DNA of 64,000 bases from Candidatus Latescibacterota bacterium. GTDB taxonomy: Bacteria; Latescibacterota; UBA2968; UBA8231. Shown one piece after another: positions 1 through 10,674 of the stretch. The translations under genes were made by a program, and so were the position numbers. Positions within the stretch are counted from its first letter, which is position 1; each line of letters begins with the position of its first letter. The notes under the pieces were generated by a model. The model saw only the letters and a program-made list of their open reading frames with translations, made no database searches and was not told the DNA's origin. The stretch lies in assembly GCA_965206595.1 (NCBI GenBank), contig OZ242214.1:6432001-6496000 (forward strand), read 5' to 3'.

Positions 1-396
1 GAACGACTCGAGGTGGGCGTAGACCGCGGTCCGACCGTCGCGGAGCTTCTGATACACGGCGCGTCCGTACCCCCAGGGAGAGGTGCGGACGCGGATGACG
101 TGCCCGGCGGCCACTGCCCGCACCTCGCACCCGGTCCGGCCCCAGGTCTTGAGATCGATGCCGGCATGAAACGCGGAGGACCGGGTTTCCCCGAAGGTCG
201 AGGAGAGAGCGGGATCGAGGCCGAGCGGCCACAGAAGGGCAGACTCGGCAGCGGCGGAACCGGGGCCGGCTGCGAGCATGACAGCGCCCGCTGTGAGCAG
301 TGCCTTGATGAAATCGCCCTGTATTCGAGGTGCTGCCGCAATCCGGGTGCCGCCGGTCCGGAACCGGCTGTTCGACAGGCTTCCTGGAACAGGCAA
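1..396 (-). CDS. M23 family metallopeptidase, N-terminal part (runs off the left edge; start uncertain, TTG 396 or later)
   Basis: Manual minus-strand translation (not in ORF track): ...LWPLGLDPALSSTFGETRSSAFHAGIDLKTWGRTG...SPWGYGRAVY...TAVYAHLESF, with the HxxxD and YAHL motifs of M23. Confidence 0.8.
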   Translation of the reverse strand, partial: MPVPGSLSNSRFRTGGTRIAAAPRIQGDFIKALLTAGAVMLAAGPGSAAAESALLWPLGLDPALSSTFGETRSSAFHAGIDLKTWGRTGCEVRAVAAGHVIRVRTSPWGYGRAVYQKLRDGRTAVYAHLESF

Positions 397-401
397 GGCA
401 G

Positions 402-1076
402 CTACCGCGATCCGTCGGGGAATACCTCGAGGGCGATGCGCTCGCCCTCCACCGACAGGTAGTGGAGCGGCTCCTCGGTCCAGGACCCGGTGTTGAGATA
501 GCGCCGGCCGTCCCGGTGCATCTCCATGGCCGCGTGGGTATGGCCGCAGGTGACGGCGCGGTGGCCGCTCGATTCCGCCCTGCTGATCGCCTTCCCGGCC
601 ACGTGCTCGTTCAGTACGCCGTAGAGGAATCCCCACTTCTTGGCGTAGAGGGCGACGTGGACGTCCGGCATGCCGGCGAATACGAGGGCGCGGTGGAACA
701 GCTTGAAGAGCGCCTTGAACAGGCGGTGGCGGGGCATCACCTCGTCGAGGTCATGGCCGTGAACGACCAGCAGCTGTCGCCCGATCTCCCACTGGTTTTC
801 GAAACGGATCCCGCCCGGGTCCGGCAGCGCCAAATCGCGGTCGTGGTTGCCGCGCACCCAGATCACCGGGCGGCTGTGCGACTCGGCGACGAGGCGCCGG
901 AGAACGGCGTCGTGCTCGGGGCAAAGGGGCTCGCCCGGATCGTCGACAATGTCCCCGTTCAGAATCAGCGCCGCCTCGAAGGGCAGTTCGTCCAGCCAGG
1001 CGAGGAACTGGGTGTTGCAGAAGTGCCTGTCCCCTAGATGGAGGTCGCTGACGACGAAGGATACCGGGGCGGTCAT
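402..1076 (-). CDS. Calcineurin-like metallophosphoesterase (LpxH-like)
   Basis: SDLHLG, NGDIVD, GNHD, HGH and GHTH motifs; ATG at 1076. Confidence 0.85.
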   Translation of the reverse strand: MTAPVSFVVSDLHLGDRHFCNTQFLAWLDELPFEAALILNGDIVDDPGEPLCPEHDAVLRRLVAESHSRPVIWVRGNHDRDLALPDPGGIRFENQWEIGRQLLVVHGHDLDEVMPRHRLFKALFKLFHRALVFAGMPDVHVALYAKKWGFLYGVLNEHVAGKAISRAESSGHRAVTCGHTHAAMEMHRDGRRYLNTGSWTEEPLHYLSVEGERIALEVFPDGSR

Positions 1077-1171
1077 GGTTTGCCGCCTCGAGGAGCAGCT
1101 TCGAAATTGGGGTGGCAACACCTTCCGGCTCGCAATCCGGAAGGTCGCAATCGGGAGGGTTCTGGTGTTGC

Positions 1172-2698
1172 ATGCGGGATATATCGGCGGCTGAATTGAA
1201 TTACGCCACAGGTCCGGAAAGGCGCAAAGAACCCGCCTCCGGAGCGGTGCGCGCCGCTTTGCTCGAGCACCTCTCCCGCCTCCTGCCCGACCCCGGGAAG
1301 TGCGACGCCTTTGTCGATCACATGAGCTTTCCCGCTCCCCCTTCGGTCCGCGTCAATCCACTGATGCTCCAGGCGCCGCAGCTGCGGCAGGCCTGCGCGG
1401 CCATCGGCCAGGGAGTTTCCTGGTCGCCGGACGTCTTCGCGCTCGACGGAATGGAAGGCCGCCTCGGAACCGCTCTCGAGCACCTCCTCGGCGGCTGTTA
1501 CATACAGGCCAAGGCGGCGACCCTCGCCGTTGCCGTCCTCGACCCGCAGCCGGGAGAGCGAGTCCTCGATCTCGCCGCGGCGCCGGGGGGAAAATCGACC
1601 CAGATCGCCGCGGCCATGGAGAACAGCGGTCTACTCTTCGCCAACGAGCCGAACCGCCGCCGCCTTTCTGCACTGGTCGGCAACCTCGAGCGCTGCGGGG
1701 TGCACAACTGCGTCCTCACGCAGGCTCCGGGAACGGTGCTGGCCCGCTATTTCCACAACTGCTTCGACCGCGTCCTGCTCGACGCTCCCTGCAGCGGCGA
1801 CGGGATCCTGCGCAAGGACGAGGGAGTGCTGCGCTACTGGTCCCCCGAAGACGCCGTCCGCAAGAGCTGGCAGCAGCTCGGACTGGCGCGGGCGGCCTTC
1901 CACATGCTGCGCCCTGGCGGATCCCTGGTCTACTCCTCCTGCTCGCTGTCGACCGAGGAGAACGAGGACGTCCTTCTCGCCCTTCTGCGCACCTATCCGG
2001 AGCAGGCCGAGGTGACCCCGATCAACCAACCAGAACTCGGCCCCCCGCTTGCCGGTGACGCCGCTTCCGACTACCCGGACAGCTTTCGCGGAACGGCGCG
2101 CGTCTGGCCCCATCTCCAGGATACGGAAGGGGCCTGGGTCGCCCGGGTCCGCAAGCTGGCTGCAACCGAATGGAAGGTTGTCGAGGGGAACGCAGGCGGC
2201 CGCTTCGAGCAACCTGAACCTGCAGCGGACAGAGGTGCGCTCGACGGCCTGGAAGAGCGCTGGGGATTCCGGGTTTCCATCCCCGCAGACGGCATCCTGA
2301 CGGCCGGGCCCAGGCACTTCCAAGTACAACCCCGGTCCTGGGAGGCCTTCGCCGGGCTTCCCTTTTACGTGCGCAGCGGCATGAAGGTCGCCAGCATCCA
2401 CAAGGGCCATCCCTACCTCACCCACCAGGCGGCGACCCTGTGGGGAGCGGAGATGACGCGCCGCCTGCTGCCGCTGGAGTGGGCGGACGTCCGCTCCCTG
2501 TTCGCCGGCAGGGACATCGATCTCGAAGGGAGGAAGGTGGACGCCGGGGAAGTGCTTCTCAACCATGGGCCGTGGTCGCTGGCGCGAGGTCTCGTGCACG
2601 CCGACGGCAGCTTGACGGGGTTCCTGCCCAGGTCGCTGCGGACCGGGACTCTCACCAGGATTCGCGACTGGGGCGGCGGCGAGCGGCCCCGGGCCTGA
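1172..2698 (+). CDS. RsmB/RsmF/NOP2 family RNA m5C methyltransferase
   Basis: VLDLAAAPGGKS, DAPCSGDG, YSSCS and WPH motifs. Confidence 0.9.
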   Translation: MRDISAAELNYATGPERRKEPASGAVRAALLEHLSRLLPDPGKCDAFVDHMSFPAPPSVRVNPLMLQAPQLRQACAAIGQGVSWSPDVFALDGMEGRLGTALEHLLGGCYIQAKAATLAVAVLDPQPGERVLDLAAAPGGKSTQIAAAMENSGLLFANEPNRRRLSALVGNLERCGVHNCVLTQAPGTVLARYFHNCFDRVLLDAPCSGDGILRKDEGVLRYWSPEDAVRKSWQQLGLARAAFHMLRPGGSLVYSSCSLSTEENEDVLLALLRTYPEQAEVTPINQPELGPPLAGDAASDYPDSFRGTARVWPHLQDTEGAWVARVRKLAATEWKVVEGNAGGRFEQPEPAADRGALDGLEERWGFRVSIPADGILTAGPRHFQVQPRSWEAFAGLPFYVRSGMKVASIHKGHPYLTHQAATLWGAEMTRRLLPLEWADVRSLFAGRDIDLEGRKVDAGEVLLNHGPWSLARGLVHADGSLTGFLPRSLRTGTLTRIRDWGGGERPRA

Positions 2699-3011
2699 GG
2701 CGGCGGCTCCGATTGGCACTCGGTTCCCTGCGCCACCCGGGCGGTTTTGTTGAACCCCGCATTCCCGGCCAGGCCGGCAGGCCGCCAAGGGACCAGGTCT
2801 TCAGGGAGGTGTCTCCGGAGTGGCACCTGCAATGGGTGCGGCCGGACCGACGCAGAGGGCCGGAAGCAACCTGGCCGGAAGCAGACCAGCCCATACCCCA
2901 GTCGGATGATGGGCAGAATCCCGCAATTCCGGCGCCCGGGTTCGAACGACAAGAAAGACGGTACCTGACCGGCTCACTGGTTTCCTGCCAGCAAGTAGCC
3001 CAATTCTGAAT

Positions 3012-4265
3012 ATGGCTGGCGCGGAATCCGCTTCCCCCATGCTCCCGGGTCGAACTGTGAAATGGACGGTTCACGGCCTGCTTACGGATTTTATGCGAGC
3101 CGGGAGCAGCGGCCGGCCGCACACATTCGGTAACCCTGCCGCTCTCTGCGCGGGCAGCGGCAAAACACAATGGCAGCAGACCGAAACGAACCTCCCCGGC
3201 AGGGTACCCACTGTCCCGCGGCTGGTTTCCCTCCTTCTTCTGCTGTTCCAGGCCCCGGACCTGACGCCGGCAGCCGCCCGGGAGGGCTCTGCAGCCGAAT
3301 GGCAGAAGGGGATCACCTTTACACACCTGTACCGCCCGCACAACAACCTCCTGTCGGAGCGGTCCCGGCAGTCGCTCGAACATCTGCGCTCTCAGGTCGG
3401 GGCGGAGTGGATCGCCCTGAACCCGTTCGGGTACCAGCGCGACGTCGACGATCCGAACGTCCTGTTCGGAGGGGACCCTCCCGACGCACACCTGCGCCAC
3501 GCCATCGCCGGCGCCCACGAGCTCGGCCTCAAGGTGATGCTCAAACCGCACATCTGGCTGCACCACCAGAGCGCCGAGCGCTGGCGGGGGACCATCGCCA
3601 TGAAAACCGAGGAGGACTGGGAAGCCTGGTTCCGGAGCTACGGGAACTTCATCCTCCACTACGCCGCCATCGCCCAGGCGGAGGGCGTCGAGATCTTCTG
3701 CATCGGAGTCGAGCTGGCGCGCACCGCGATCGAGCGGGAGCAGGACTGGCGGGCCCTCGTCGCCGAGATCCGGAAGCGCTACCGCGGGCGGCTGGTGTAC
3801 GCGGCCAACTGGTGGCAGGAGTACGACCGCATCGGTTTCTGGGACGCCCTCGACTACATCGGCGTCAACGCCTTCTTCCCGCTCAGCGACGTCCCCGACC
3901 CCTCGGCCGAGACGCTGCGCGCCAACGCCGAGGCGGTCGCCGGGGAGTTGGCGCTGCTGCATCAGCGCACCGGCAAGCCGGTGCTGTTCACGGAGGTCGG
4001 ATTCAAGAGCACCCGCGGCACCAGCATGCGGCCCTGGCTGTGGCCGCGGCGGTTCGAGCCGGAAATCGACCTCGAGGCCCAGTCGCGCTGCTACGAGGCG
4101 GTGCTGCAGGTCTTCTGGAGCAAACCTTGGTTTTCCGGGATGTACTGGTGGAAGTGGTTCAGCGACCTCGACCGCGGCGGCGCCTCCCACCCCGGGTTCA
4201 CCCCGCGAAGAAAGCCGGCGGAGTCCGTCCTCGCAGAGTGGTACCGCAAACCGAGGCCGAGATGA
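3012..4265 (+). CDS. Glycoside hydrolase family 113-like TIM barrel (true start probably further downstream)
   Basis: KVMLKPH, IGVEL, YAANW, IGVNAFFPL, FTEVGF and YWWKW pattern of GH113. Confidence 0.8.
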   Translation: MAGAESASPMLPGRTVKWTVHGLLTDFMRAGSSGRPHTFGNPAALCAGSGKTQWQQTETNLPGRVPTVPRLVSLLLLLFQAPDLTPAAAREGSAAEWQKGITFTHLYRPHNNLLSERSRQSLEHLRSQVGAEWIALNPFGYQRDVDDPNVLFGGDPPDAHLRHAIAGAHELGLKVMLKPHIWLHHQSAERWRGTIAMKTEEDWEAWFRSYGNFILHYAAIAQAEGVEIFCIGVELARTAIEREQDWRALVAEIRKRYRGRLVYAANWWQEYDRIGFWDALDYIGVNAFFPLSDVPDPSAETLRANAEAVAGELALLHQRTGKPVLFTEVGFKSTRGTSMRPWLWPRRFEPEIDLEAQSRCYEAVLQVFWSKPWFSGMYWWKWFSDLDRGGASHPGFTPRRKPAESVLAEWYRKPRPR

Positions 4266-4779
4266 ACTGTGTGCCTTCTGCAGCCCCGGGGGCCTGAACG
4301 CCGGGGACGCCCGCTCAACTGCGAGCTGGTACTCCCCCGCCAGCTCCGCTTCGATCCGGAACCGAGGTCTTGAGGACCGCCAGGGCCGCGGGATACACCA
4401 GGCCATGGACGAGGGAGGGCGAAGCAGGCCCTTTGGGATTCGCGCGGAACCGCGGCCCTGGCTCGAACTTCACGATACACAGCTTCACCGACGAGGAGCT
4501 TCCCCGCTCCCGGAAAACGCCTGGGCGAACAGCTGACAATCGATCCGGGTACTGCCGGGTCGGCTCTTCCAAAGAGTTCCAGCCCACCAGGGGAAAGCCT
4601 TTCGTTCCCCTGCGGAACATCTTTCCCACCCCGGCCGGCAGGCCTTCACCCGCGAGTTTCCACACACCCACCATATGCGGGGCCCCTCCGGCCGGTCGCC
4701 CCCAGATCCGGAGGTCTTCCCAGCATCAGATCCGCATTGTTCCCCGAAACGGTGGTTGTATTCCATCGGTCTCGACGCA

Positions 4780-4795
4780 TGGCACGCGGTTTGCC
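4780..4795 (+). promoter_or_regulatory. sigma-54 promoter (-24/-12)
   Basis: TGGCACGCGGTTTGCC, exact GG-N10-GC spacing. Confidence 0.75.
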
Positions 4796-4805
4796 GGAGG
4801 GAACC

Positions 4806-4912
4806 CAGATCCATCTCCTCCTGTGGTTCGGGATCCGAAGGCAGAGTCTCCCCTTCGCATCCATCTGCAACTCCTCTCGCAGATGGAGCCTTCGGATCCC
4901 GCTTTTTTTTTT
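4806..4912 (+). ncRNA. Candidate sigma-54-dependent small RNA with CU-rich (anti-SD) loops
   Basis: 14-bp stem 4829-4842/4888-4901, inner 9-bp stem 4860-4868/4879-4887, T10 tail; no credible downstream + strand gene. Confidence 0.55.
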
Positions 4913-5525
4913 ACGATTCCTGGCGCCAGGCGGGAAACAGCTCCTGCCGGATTCCCAGCAGGTTGAGAATGCGTCCGGCCATGAAGTCGGCCAGATCGTC
5001 GAACGATTTGGGCTTCTGGTAGAAGGCCGGCATGGCGGGAACCACGGTAGCGCCGGCCTCGGCGAGCGCCGTAAGGTTGCGCAGCTGGATCAGGTTCAGC
5101 GGGGTCTCTCGCGGCACCAGGATCAGCGGCCGCCGCTCCTTCAGGGCGACGTCGGCGGCGCGCTCGATCAGGTTGGAGGAGGAGCCGCAGGCGATCGCTG
5201 CGAAGGTCTTCGCCGAACAGGGAATGACCACCATCCCGTCCAACGCCACCGAGCCGCTGGCGAGCGCCGATGTCAGGTCGTTGACCCCGTACTCGACGAG
5301 AGTGCCCGCAGCGACGTCGTCTCCGTACAGTCGCTGGAGAAACTGCTGCACCGACTCCTTGTCGGGCTTCAGGCCCATCTCTTCGTGCAGGATGTAGCGC
5401 CCGTACCGCGACAGTACCAGGTGGGCCTCATGGCCACCCTGCAGCAGGGCGCGCAGGAAGCGGCAGGCGTAGATGCCGCCGCTCGCACCGGTGACGGCAA
5501 CGGCGATTCTCCTGGTTTCACTCAT
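4911..5525 (-). CDS. ubiX: Flavin prenyltransferase UbiX
   Basis: [45 protein letters not shown]. Confidence 0.93.
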   Translation of the reverse strand: MSETRRIAVAVTGASGGIYACRFLRALLQGGHEAHLVLSRYGRYILHEEMGLKPDKESVQQFLQRLYGDDVAAGTLVEYGVNDLTSALASGSVALDGMVVIPCSAKTFAAIACGSSSNLIERAADVALKERRPLILVPRETPLNLIQLRNLTALAEAGATVVPAMPAFYQKPKSFDDLADFMAGRILNLLGIRQELFPAWRQES

Positions 5526-7545
5526 CGGCTTCGCCTTTACGACTCCCCGGTCCCTGCTGGTTCGCGGCACCGGCCCGCAGGGTCTCGATGATGGCGTCGA
5601 CGTCGTAGACGCAGCCGCCCCAGGTGCCGCCGCCGACGTTCTGGAGCGCCGCCCACAGCCTCGTGTCGTCAGGCAGTTCCTCCTCGGCGGCAAGGTCGGG
5701 GCGCGGTGGGCGCTGCCGCAGCACCTCTTCCCCGCGCCCGGCTCCGAACTCGACCCCGGCTTCGCCGACGAGGTCGAGGCGTCCGCGCAGCCCGCGGGTG
5801 TCGATCTCGATGCCGACCAAGTCCCCGTCCCGCAGCTTGCCGAGCGGTCCGCCGCCCAGGGCCTCGGGTCCGATGTGGCCGACGCAGGCACCGGTCGAGA
5901 ACCCGGAGAAACGCGCGTCGGTCAGGACCGCCACCCGGCTTCCGTAGTCGAGGTACTTCAGCGCCGTCGTCACCTGGGCGATCTCCTCCATGCCGGTGCC
6001 CAAGGGGCCGCAGCTCAGCAGCACCATCACGTCCCCGGGCTCGATCCGCTGCGCCTTGAGGGCGGCGACCGCGGCGCGCTCGGTAGTAAATATCTTCGCC
6101 GGTCCTGTGTGCCGGTAACAGCCCTCTCCGTCGAGCACTGCCGGGTCGATCGACGTGCTCTTCACCACCGATCCCTCCGGCGCCAGGTTGCCGCGCGGGA
6201 AGCAGACGGTGCTGGTCAGGCCTTTGCCGCGGGCAGCTTCCGGCGACATGATCACCTCGTCCGGGTCGACGCCGTCGGCCGCGCGCAACACCTCCCTGAA
6301 GCGGGCACGGCGCTCGCTGTTCTCCCACCAGTCGAGGTTCTCCCCGAGCGGCTTTCCGGTCGCGGTCAGGGCCTCTTCCTCGAGCAGCCCGAGGGCGCGC
6401 AGGTGCAGCATCACCTCCGGCACCCCTCCAGCGAGGAAGGCGCGCACGGTCGGGTGGTACTGCGGTCCGTTCGGCAGCACGTCGACGAGGCGGGGAACCA
6501 GGCGGTTGAGGCGGTCCCAGTCCTCGACGGTAGGGCGCGGTCGCCCGGCGGCGTAGGCGATCGCCGGAACGTGCAGGATCAGGTTGGTCGAGCCGCCGAA
6601 GGCGGCGTGGGTGACCATGGCGTTGTGGAACGCCGCATCGGTCAGCAGGTCCCGCGAGGCGATCCCGGCACTTTCCAACGCCCTCACTGCCCGCGCCGTG
6701 CGCGTCGCCATGTCGTACCACACCGGTTCCCCGGAAGGAGCGAGGGCGGCGTGCGGCAGGGTCAGCCCGAGCGCCTCGGCGACGACCTGCGAGGTCGCGG
6801 CGGTGCCGAGAAACTGGCAGCCGCCCCCGGCGGTGGCGCAGGCCCGGCAGCCGTAGTCGTTGACCTCGTCGATGGTGATCTCGCCGTGGGCGAGGCGCAC
6901 CCCGACCGATTGGATCTTGCCGGCGTCTTCACCGTGCTCCGGGGGCAGGGTGACCCCCCCGGGGATCACGGCGACTGGAAGGTCGCGGGTCCCGGCGAGG
7001 GCGATCAGCACCGCCGGCAGCCCCTTGTCGCAGGTGCCGACGCCGATGACGCCGCGGCGAGTCGGCAGCGAGCGGATCAGGCGCCTCATCACCAGGGCGG
7101 CGTCGTTGCGGTACGGCAGGCTGTCGAACATCCCCGCGGTCCCCTGGGAGCGGCCGTCGCACGGGTCGGAGCAGTAGGCGGCGAACGGAATCCCCCCCAG
7201 CCGCCGGATCTCGCGGGCGGCCGCCTCCATCAGCAGCCCCACCTCCCAGTGGCCGGTGTGGTAGCCGAGAGCGACCGGGGAACCGTCCGGCGCCCGGATC
7301 CCCCCCATGGTGCTGATGATGAGGAACTCGCTGCGCCCCAGCTCCGAGGGGTCCCAGCCCATGCCGGCGTTCTGGCTGTAAGCGAAGATGTCGCCGCTCG
7401 GGGAGCCGGTCACCTGCTCGATCTGCAGCGGCAGCCTGCCCTCCGGCCCCGGCGCCCGGGTGCGCACCTCGAATACGTCGTCTCGGGAGGGGGCCTCGAC
7501 GATCTGCTCGAACCCCGGAAGCTGTCCGTTGCGGTTTTGCGTCAT
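5518..7545 (-). CDS. YjhG/YagF-type D-xylonate dehydratase (IlvD/Edd family)
   Basis: [51 protein letters not shown]. Confidence 0.88.
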   Translation of the reverse strand: MTQNRNGQLPGFEQIVEAPSRDDVFEVRTRAPGPEGRLPLQIEQVTGSPSGDIFAYSQNAGMGWDPSELGRSEFLIISTMGGIRAPDGSPVALGYHTGHWEVGLLMEAAAREIRRLGGIPFAAYCSDPCDGRSQGTAGMFDSLPYRNDAALVMRRLIRSLPTRRGVIGVGTCDKGLPAVLIALAGTRDLPVAVIPGGVTLPPEHGEDAGKIQSVGVRLAHGEITIDEVNDYGCRACATAGGGCQFLGTAATSQVVAEALGLTLPHAALAPSGEPVWYDMATRTARAVRALESAGIASRDLLTDAAFHNAMVTHAAFGGSTNLILHVPAIAYAAGRPRPTVEDWDRLNRLVPRLVDVLPNGPQYHPTVRAFLAGGVPEVMLHLRALGLLEEEALTATGKPLGENLDWWENSERRARFREVLRAADGVDPDEVIMSPEAARGKGLTSTVCFPRGNLAPEGSVVKSTSIDPAVLDGEGCYRHTGPAKIFTTERAAVAALKAQRIEPGDVMVLLSCGPLGTGMEEIAQVTTALKYLDYGSRVAVLTDARFSGFSTGACVGHIGPEALGGGPLGKLRDGDLVGIEIDTRGLRGRLDLVGEAGVEFGAGRGEEVLRQRPPRPDLAAEEELPDDTRLWAALQNVGGGTWGGCVYDVDAIIETLRAGAANQQGPGSRKGEADE

Positions 7546-7555
7546 GATGGATCGA

Positions 7556-8452
7556 TCACACCGGTTGCAGTCCCGGCCACTCGCCGAGAAGCAGGAGGTC
7601 GGCCAGGGTGAAGAGGAAGAAGACCATGCTGACGATGCTGTTCATCGTCATGAAGGCGGTGTTGACCTTGGTCAGGTCGTCCGGCCGCACCAGCCGGTGC
7701 TCGTAGAACAGCAGGGCGGCGATCAGCGCCACCCCGGCGATGTAGAGAAACTCGAGAGGCATCAGGGCCCCGAGGGCGAGCATGAAGAGGACGGCGAGGC
7801 CGTGAAGTCCGCGTGCGAAGTTCAGGGCGCCGCGCAGGCCGAAGCGAACCGGGATCGAGTGCAGGCCGCTGTCGCGGTCGAAGTCCCGGTCCTGGCAGGC
7901 GTAGAGGATGTCGAACCCCGCCACCCAGAAGAGCACGGCCAGTCCGAGAACCAGGGGCGGAAGCGCGATGCCTCCGGTCACGGCGATCCAGGCCCCCACC
8001 GGGGCGAGCGCGAGACTGATGCCGAGCACGAGGTGGGAAACCCAGGTGAAGCGCTTGGTCCAGGAGTAGAAGAAGACGATTCCGAGGGCCACGGGCGAGA
8101 GTGTGAAGCAGAGCGGGTTGAGGTTGTACGCGGCCACGGCCAGGAGCGCGGAGGAGACGGCGACGAAGAGGGCCGCGGAGGTGACGGACATCGCCCCGCT
8201 CGGAAGCTCCCGGTTGCGGGTGCGGGGATTGGCGGCGTCGATGTGACGGTCGGCGACCCGGTTGAAACCCATGGCGGCGCTGCGCGCCGCGACCATGGCG
8301 ACGACGATCCAGCCGGCCTGGCTCCAGGAGAAGCCGGAGGTCGCCGCGGCCAGGGCGGCCCCGCTCAGGGCGAACGGCAGCGCGAAGATGCTGTGCGAGA
8401 ACCGGATCATGCGGCCGTACAGCGGTATCTGGGCGAGCAGTGATACGGTCAC
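7556..8452 (-). CDS. UbiA-like prenyltransferase of the futalosine pathway (MqnP)
   Basis: [50 protein letters not shown]; GTG start overlaps the mqnA stop. Confidence 0.9.
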   Translation of the reverse strand: MTVSLLAQIPLYGRMIRFSHSIFALPFALSGAALAAATSGFSWSQAGWIVVAMVAARSAAMGFNRVADRHIDAANPRTRNRELPSGAMSVTSAALFVAVSSALLAVAAYNLNPLCFTLSPVALGIVFFYSWTKRFTWVSHLVLGISLALAPVGAWIAVTGGIALPPLVLGLAVLFWVAGFDILYACQDRDFDRDSGLHSIPVRFGLRGALNFARGLHGLAVLFMLALGALMPLEFLYIAGVALIAALLFYEHRLVRPDDLTKVNTAFMTMNSIVSMVFFLFTLADLLLLGEWPGLQPV

Positions 8453-9375
8453 TGGTTCTGGTTGGCCGCCGCGGTTGCCGGCTCGCCGCTGCCGGCTGCC
8501 GGGAAGAACCGCAGCTCCGGCACGCGCTCGATTTCTCCGTGCAGAAGGGCGAGCCGGAAGAACTCGCGCACCCCGGAAAGCTCCGCTTCCCCGAGATCGT
8601 AGGAGACGTGCTCGCGCAGGTAGCGCTCGTAGAGTTCGACGGAGCCGGCGCGCTCGCGCTGGAACTGGCGCGCGATGCGCGGTATGTCCGCTTCCCCCTG
8701 GCCGCGCGCTTCGATGAGGCGGCGCGCCTGCAGCGGATCGAGGGCACCTTCCCTGCCTGCCCAGCAGGCGAACACGAAGGGAAGCCCGGTGAGGTCTGCC
8801 CACTCGCGGCCGAGATCGAGACTGTGGCGCAGGGCCGGGCTGTTCCCCCCGCCCGCCGGAGATCCCCCCTCCCGTTCCGAAGCGCCGAACAGCGGCAGCA
8901 CCGGGTCGCCGATCAGCAGCGCGGCGTCGGCCCGATGGAGCATTTCGTCGAGGTCGGGGGCGGCGTGCTCAAACGCCGGACGCAGGCCGTACTTCTCCGC
9001 CAGCAGGATGCGCAGCAGGGCGACGGAGGTCTGCGAACTGACGTCGACGGCGACGGTGCGGACGGCTCCGAGATCGCCGCGGAAGAACAGGCGCACCGTC
9101 AGCACCTCCCCCCGGCAGCCGACGGCGACCCCGGGGACCAGCGCGTACCGGACCGGGCTGAGGGCGTATTCGATGATCGGCACCAGCCCGAGGTCGATGC
9201 GGCCGGCGCGCAGGTCGCGGGAGCAGGCCGAGGGCAGGTCGTACACGAGGGAGAACGGGCCCTCGTGAAGGCAGTCCTCGAGGGCCGCGGTCAGGGGCCT
9301 CGAGTTGAGGAAGCTCACCGCCCCCAGGCGCACGGGCCGTTGCGGGGGCTGGCTTTGCAGGGGGGGCGGGGGCAT
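8449..9375 (-). CDS. mqnA: Chorismate dehydratase MqnA
   Basis: LGAVSFLNSRPL, SQTSVAL, LLIGD, DLGREW..LTGLPFVFACW. Confidence 0.9.
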   Translation of the reverse strand: MPPPPLQSQPPQRPVRLGAVSFLNSRPLTAALEDCLHEGPFSLVYDLPSACSRDLRAGRIDLGLVPIIEYALSPVRYALVPGVAVGCRGEVLTVRLFFRGDLGAVRTVAVDVSSQTSVALLRILLAEKYGLRPAFEHAAPDLDEMLHRADAALLIGDPVLPLFGASEREGGSPAGGGNSPALRHSLDLGREWADLTGLPFVFACWAGREGALDPLQARRLIEARGQGEADIPRIARQFQRERAGSVELYERYLREHVSYDLGEAELSGVREFFRLALLHGEIERVPELRFFPAAGSGEPATAAANQNQ

Positions 9376-9505
9376 GGCAGTCACCGGGGGCAGGCAGCGA
9401 GGTCCCCGGGGCAGTGTCGCAGGGGCGGCGCGCCGCCGGAAGCGCCAGGACGCCTCCCGACCGGAATGCCTGGGCGGGCTCCCGGCGCCGCGGACGAGCG
9501 CCGGC

Positions 9506-10669
9506 TCATGAAGCCGCGGCGACCGGCTCTCCGACGCCGGCCGCGGCCGGCGGCACCGCGGGGGTGGCGACGAACTCGTAGCGGGTGTTGCGCCGTTGCG
9601 GCCGGTACCCGGCATCGCGGATCAACCGCTCGATGGCCGGCAGGTCCATTTCGTTGGTGTGACTCGTGCCCGCGGCGCTGACGACGTTCTCCTCGAGCAT
9701 GGTGCTGCCGAAGTCGTTGATCCCGTAGCGCAGGCTGACCTGGGCGATTTTGGGACCCTGCGTCACCCACGAGGCCTGGAGGTTGTCGACGTTGTCGAGG
9801 AACAGGCGCGCCACGGCCACCGTACGCAGGTGGTCGAAGCCGGTCGCCCTGACCCCGTTCCAGCGCCCCGGGTCGGCGCCGAGGGCCGTCTCGTCCGGCT
9901 GGAAGCTCCAGGCTATGAAGGCGGTGAACCCGCCGGTCTCGTCCTGCAGGTCGCGGATCCGCTGCAGGTGCTCTACGCGGTGCTCGACCGTCTCGACGTG
10001 GCCGTACATCATCGTCGCCGTGGTGCGCATGCCGAGGCCGTGAGCGATCCGGTGCACCTCGAGCCACTCGTCGCTGCGGTCCTTGCGGAAGCCGATGACG
10101 TCGCGCACGCCGTCGTCGAGGATCTCGGCCCCGGCTCCGGGAATCGAGTCGAGGCCGGCGGACCGCAGCCGGGAAATCGTCTCTTCGAGGGAGAGCCGCG
10201 AAATGTGGGCGATGTAGATGATCTCCGTCGCCGACAGGCAGTGGAGCTGCACCATCGGGTAGCGGTCGCGGATCCCGGAGAGCAGCTCCTCGTAGTAGGC
10301 GAGCTTCAACCTGGGGTTGAGGCCCCCCTGCATCAGGATCTCGCAGGACTTCGGCTCCGTCCCGCCGAAGGCGACGAGCTCGTCGATCTTGGCGTGGATC
10401 TGCTCGTTCGGGAGCACGTACCCCTCGTCGGACCCCGGGGGGCGGTAGAAGGCGCAGAAGTCGCAACGGACCCAGCAGACGTTGGTGTAGTTGATGTTGC
10501 GGCCGACGTTGTAGGTGACGACCGGCTCGGGGTGTTTCCGCGTCCTGACCCGGTTCGCCAGGATTCCGAGCTCGGCGAGGTTGGGGTGGGCGAACAGGCG
10601 CCTGACGTCCTCCGTACCCAGGCGTTCCCCCGAGAAGATCCTGCCGTCAATGTCGGCTATCGCGCTCAC
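9506..10669 (-). CDS. mqnC: Cyclic dehypoxanthinyl futalosine synthase MqnC (radical SAM)
   Basis: NINYTNVCWVRCDFCAF, QASWVTQG, DFGSTMLEENVV. Confidence 0.9.
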   Translation of the reverse strand: MSAIADIDGRIFSGERLGTEDVRRLFAHPNLAELGILANRVRTRKHPEPVVTYNVGRNINYTNVCWVRCDFCAFYRPPGSDEGYVLPNEQIHAKIDELVAFGGTEPKSCEILMQGGLNPRLKLAYYEELLSGIRDRYPMVQLHCLSATEIIYIAHISRLSLEETISRLRSAGLDSIPGAGAEILDDGVRDVIGFRKDRSDEWLEVHRIAHGLGMRTTATMMYGHVETVEHRVEHLQRIRDLQDETGGFTAFIAWSFQPDETALGADPGRWNGVRATGFDHLRTVAVARLFLDNVDNLQASWVTQGPKIAQVSLRYGINDFGSTMLEENVVSAAGTSHTNEMDLPAIERLIRDAGYRPQRRNTRYEFVATPAVPPAAAGVGEPVAAAS

Positions 10670-10674
10670 CCGGA

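Noticed and set aside
2821-2836. TGGCACCTGCAATGGG as a sigma-54 promoter
   Set aside because: No TTGC at the correct spacing
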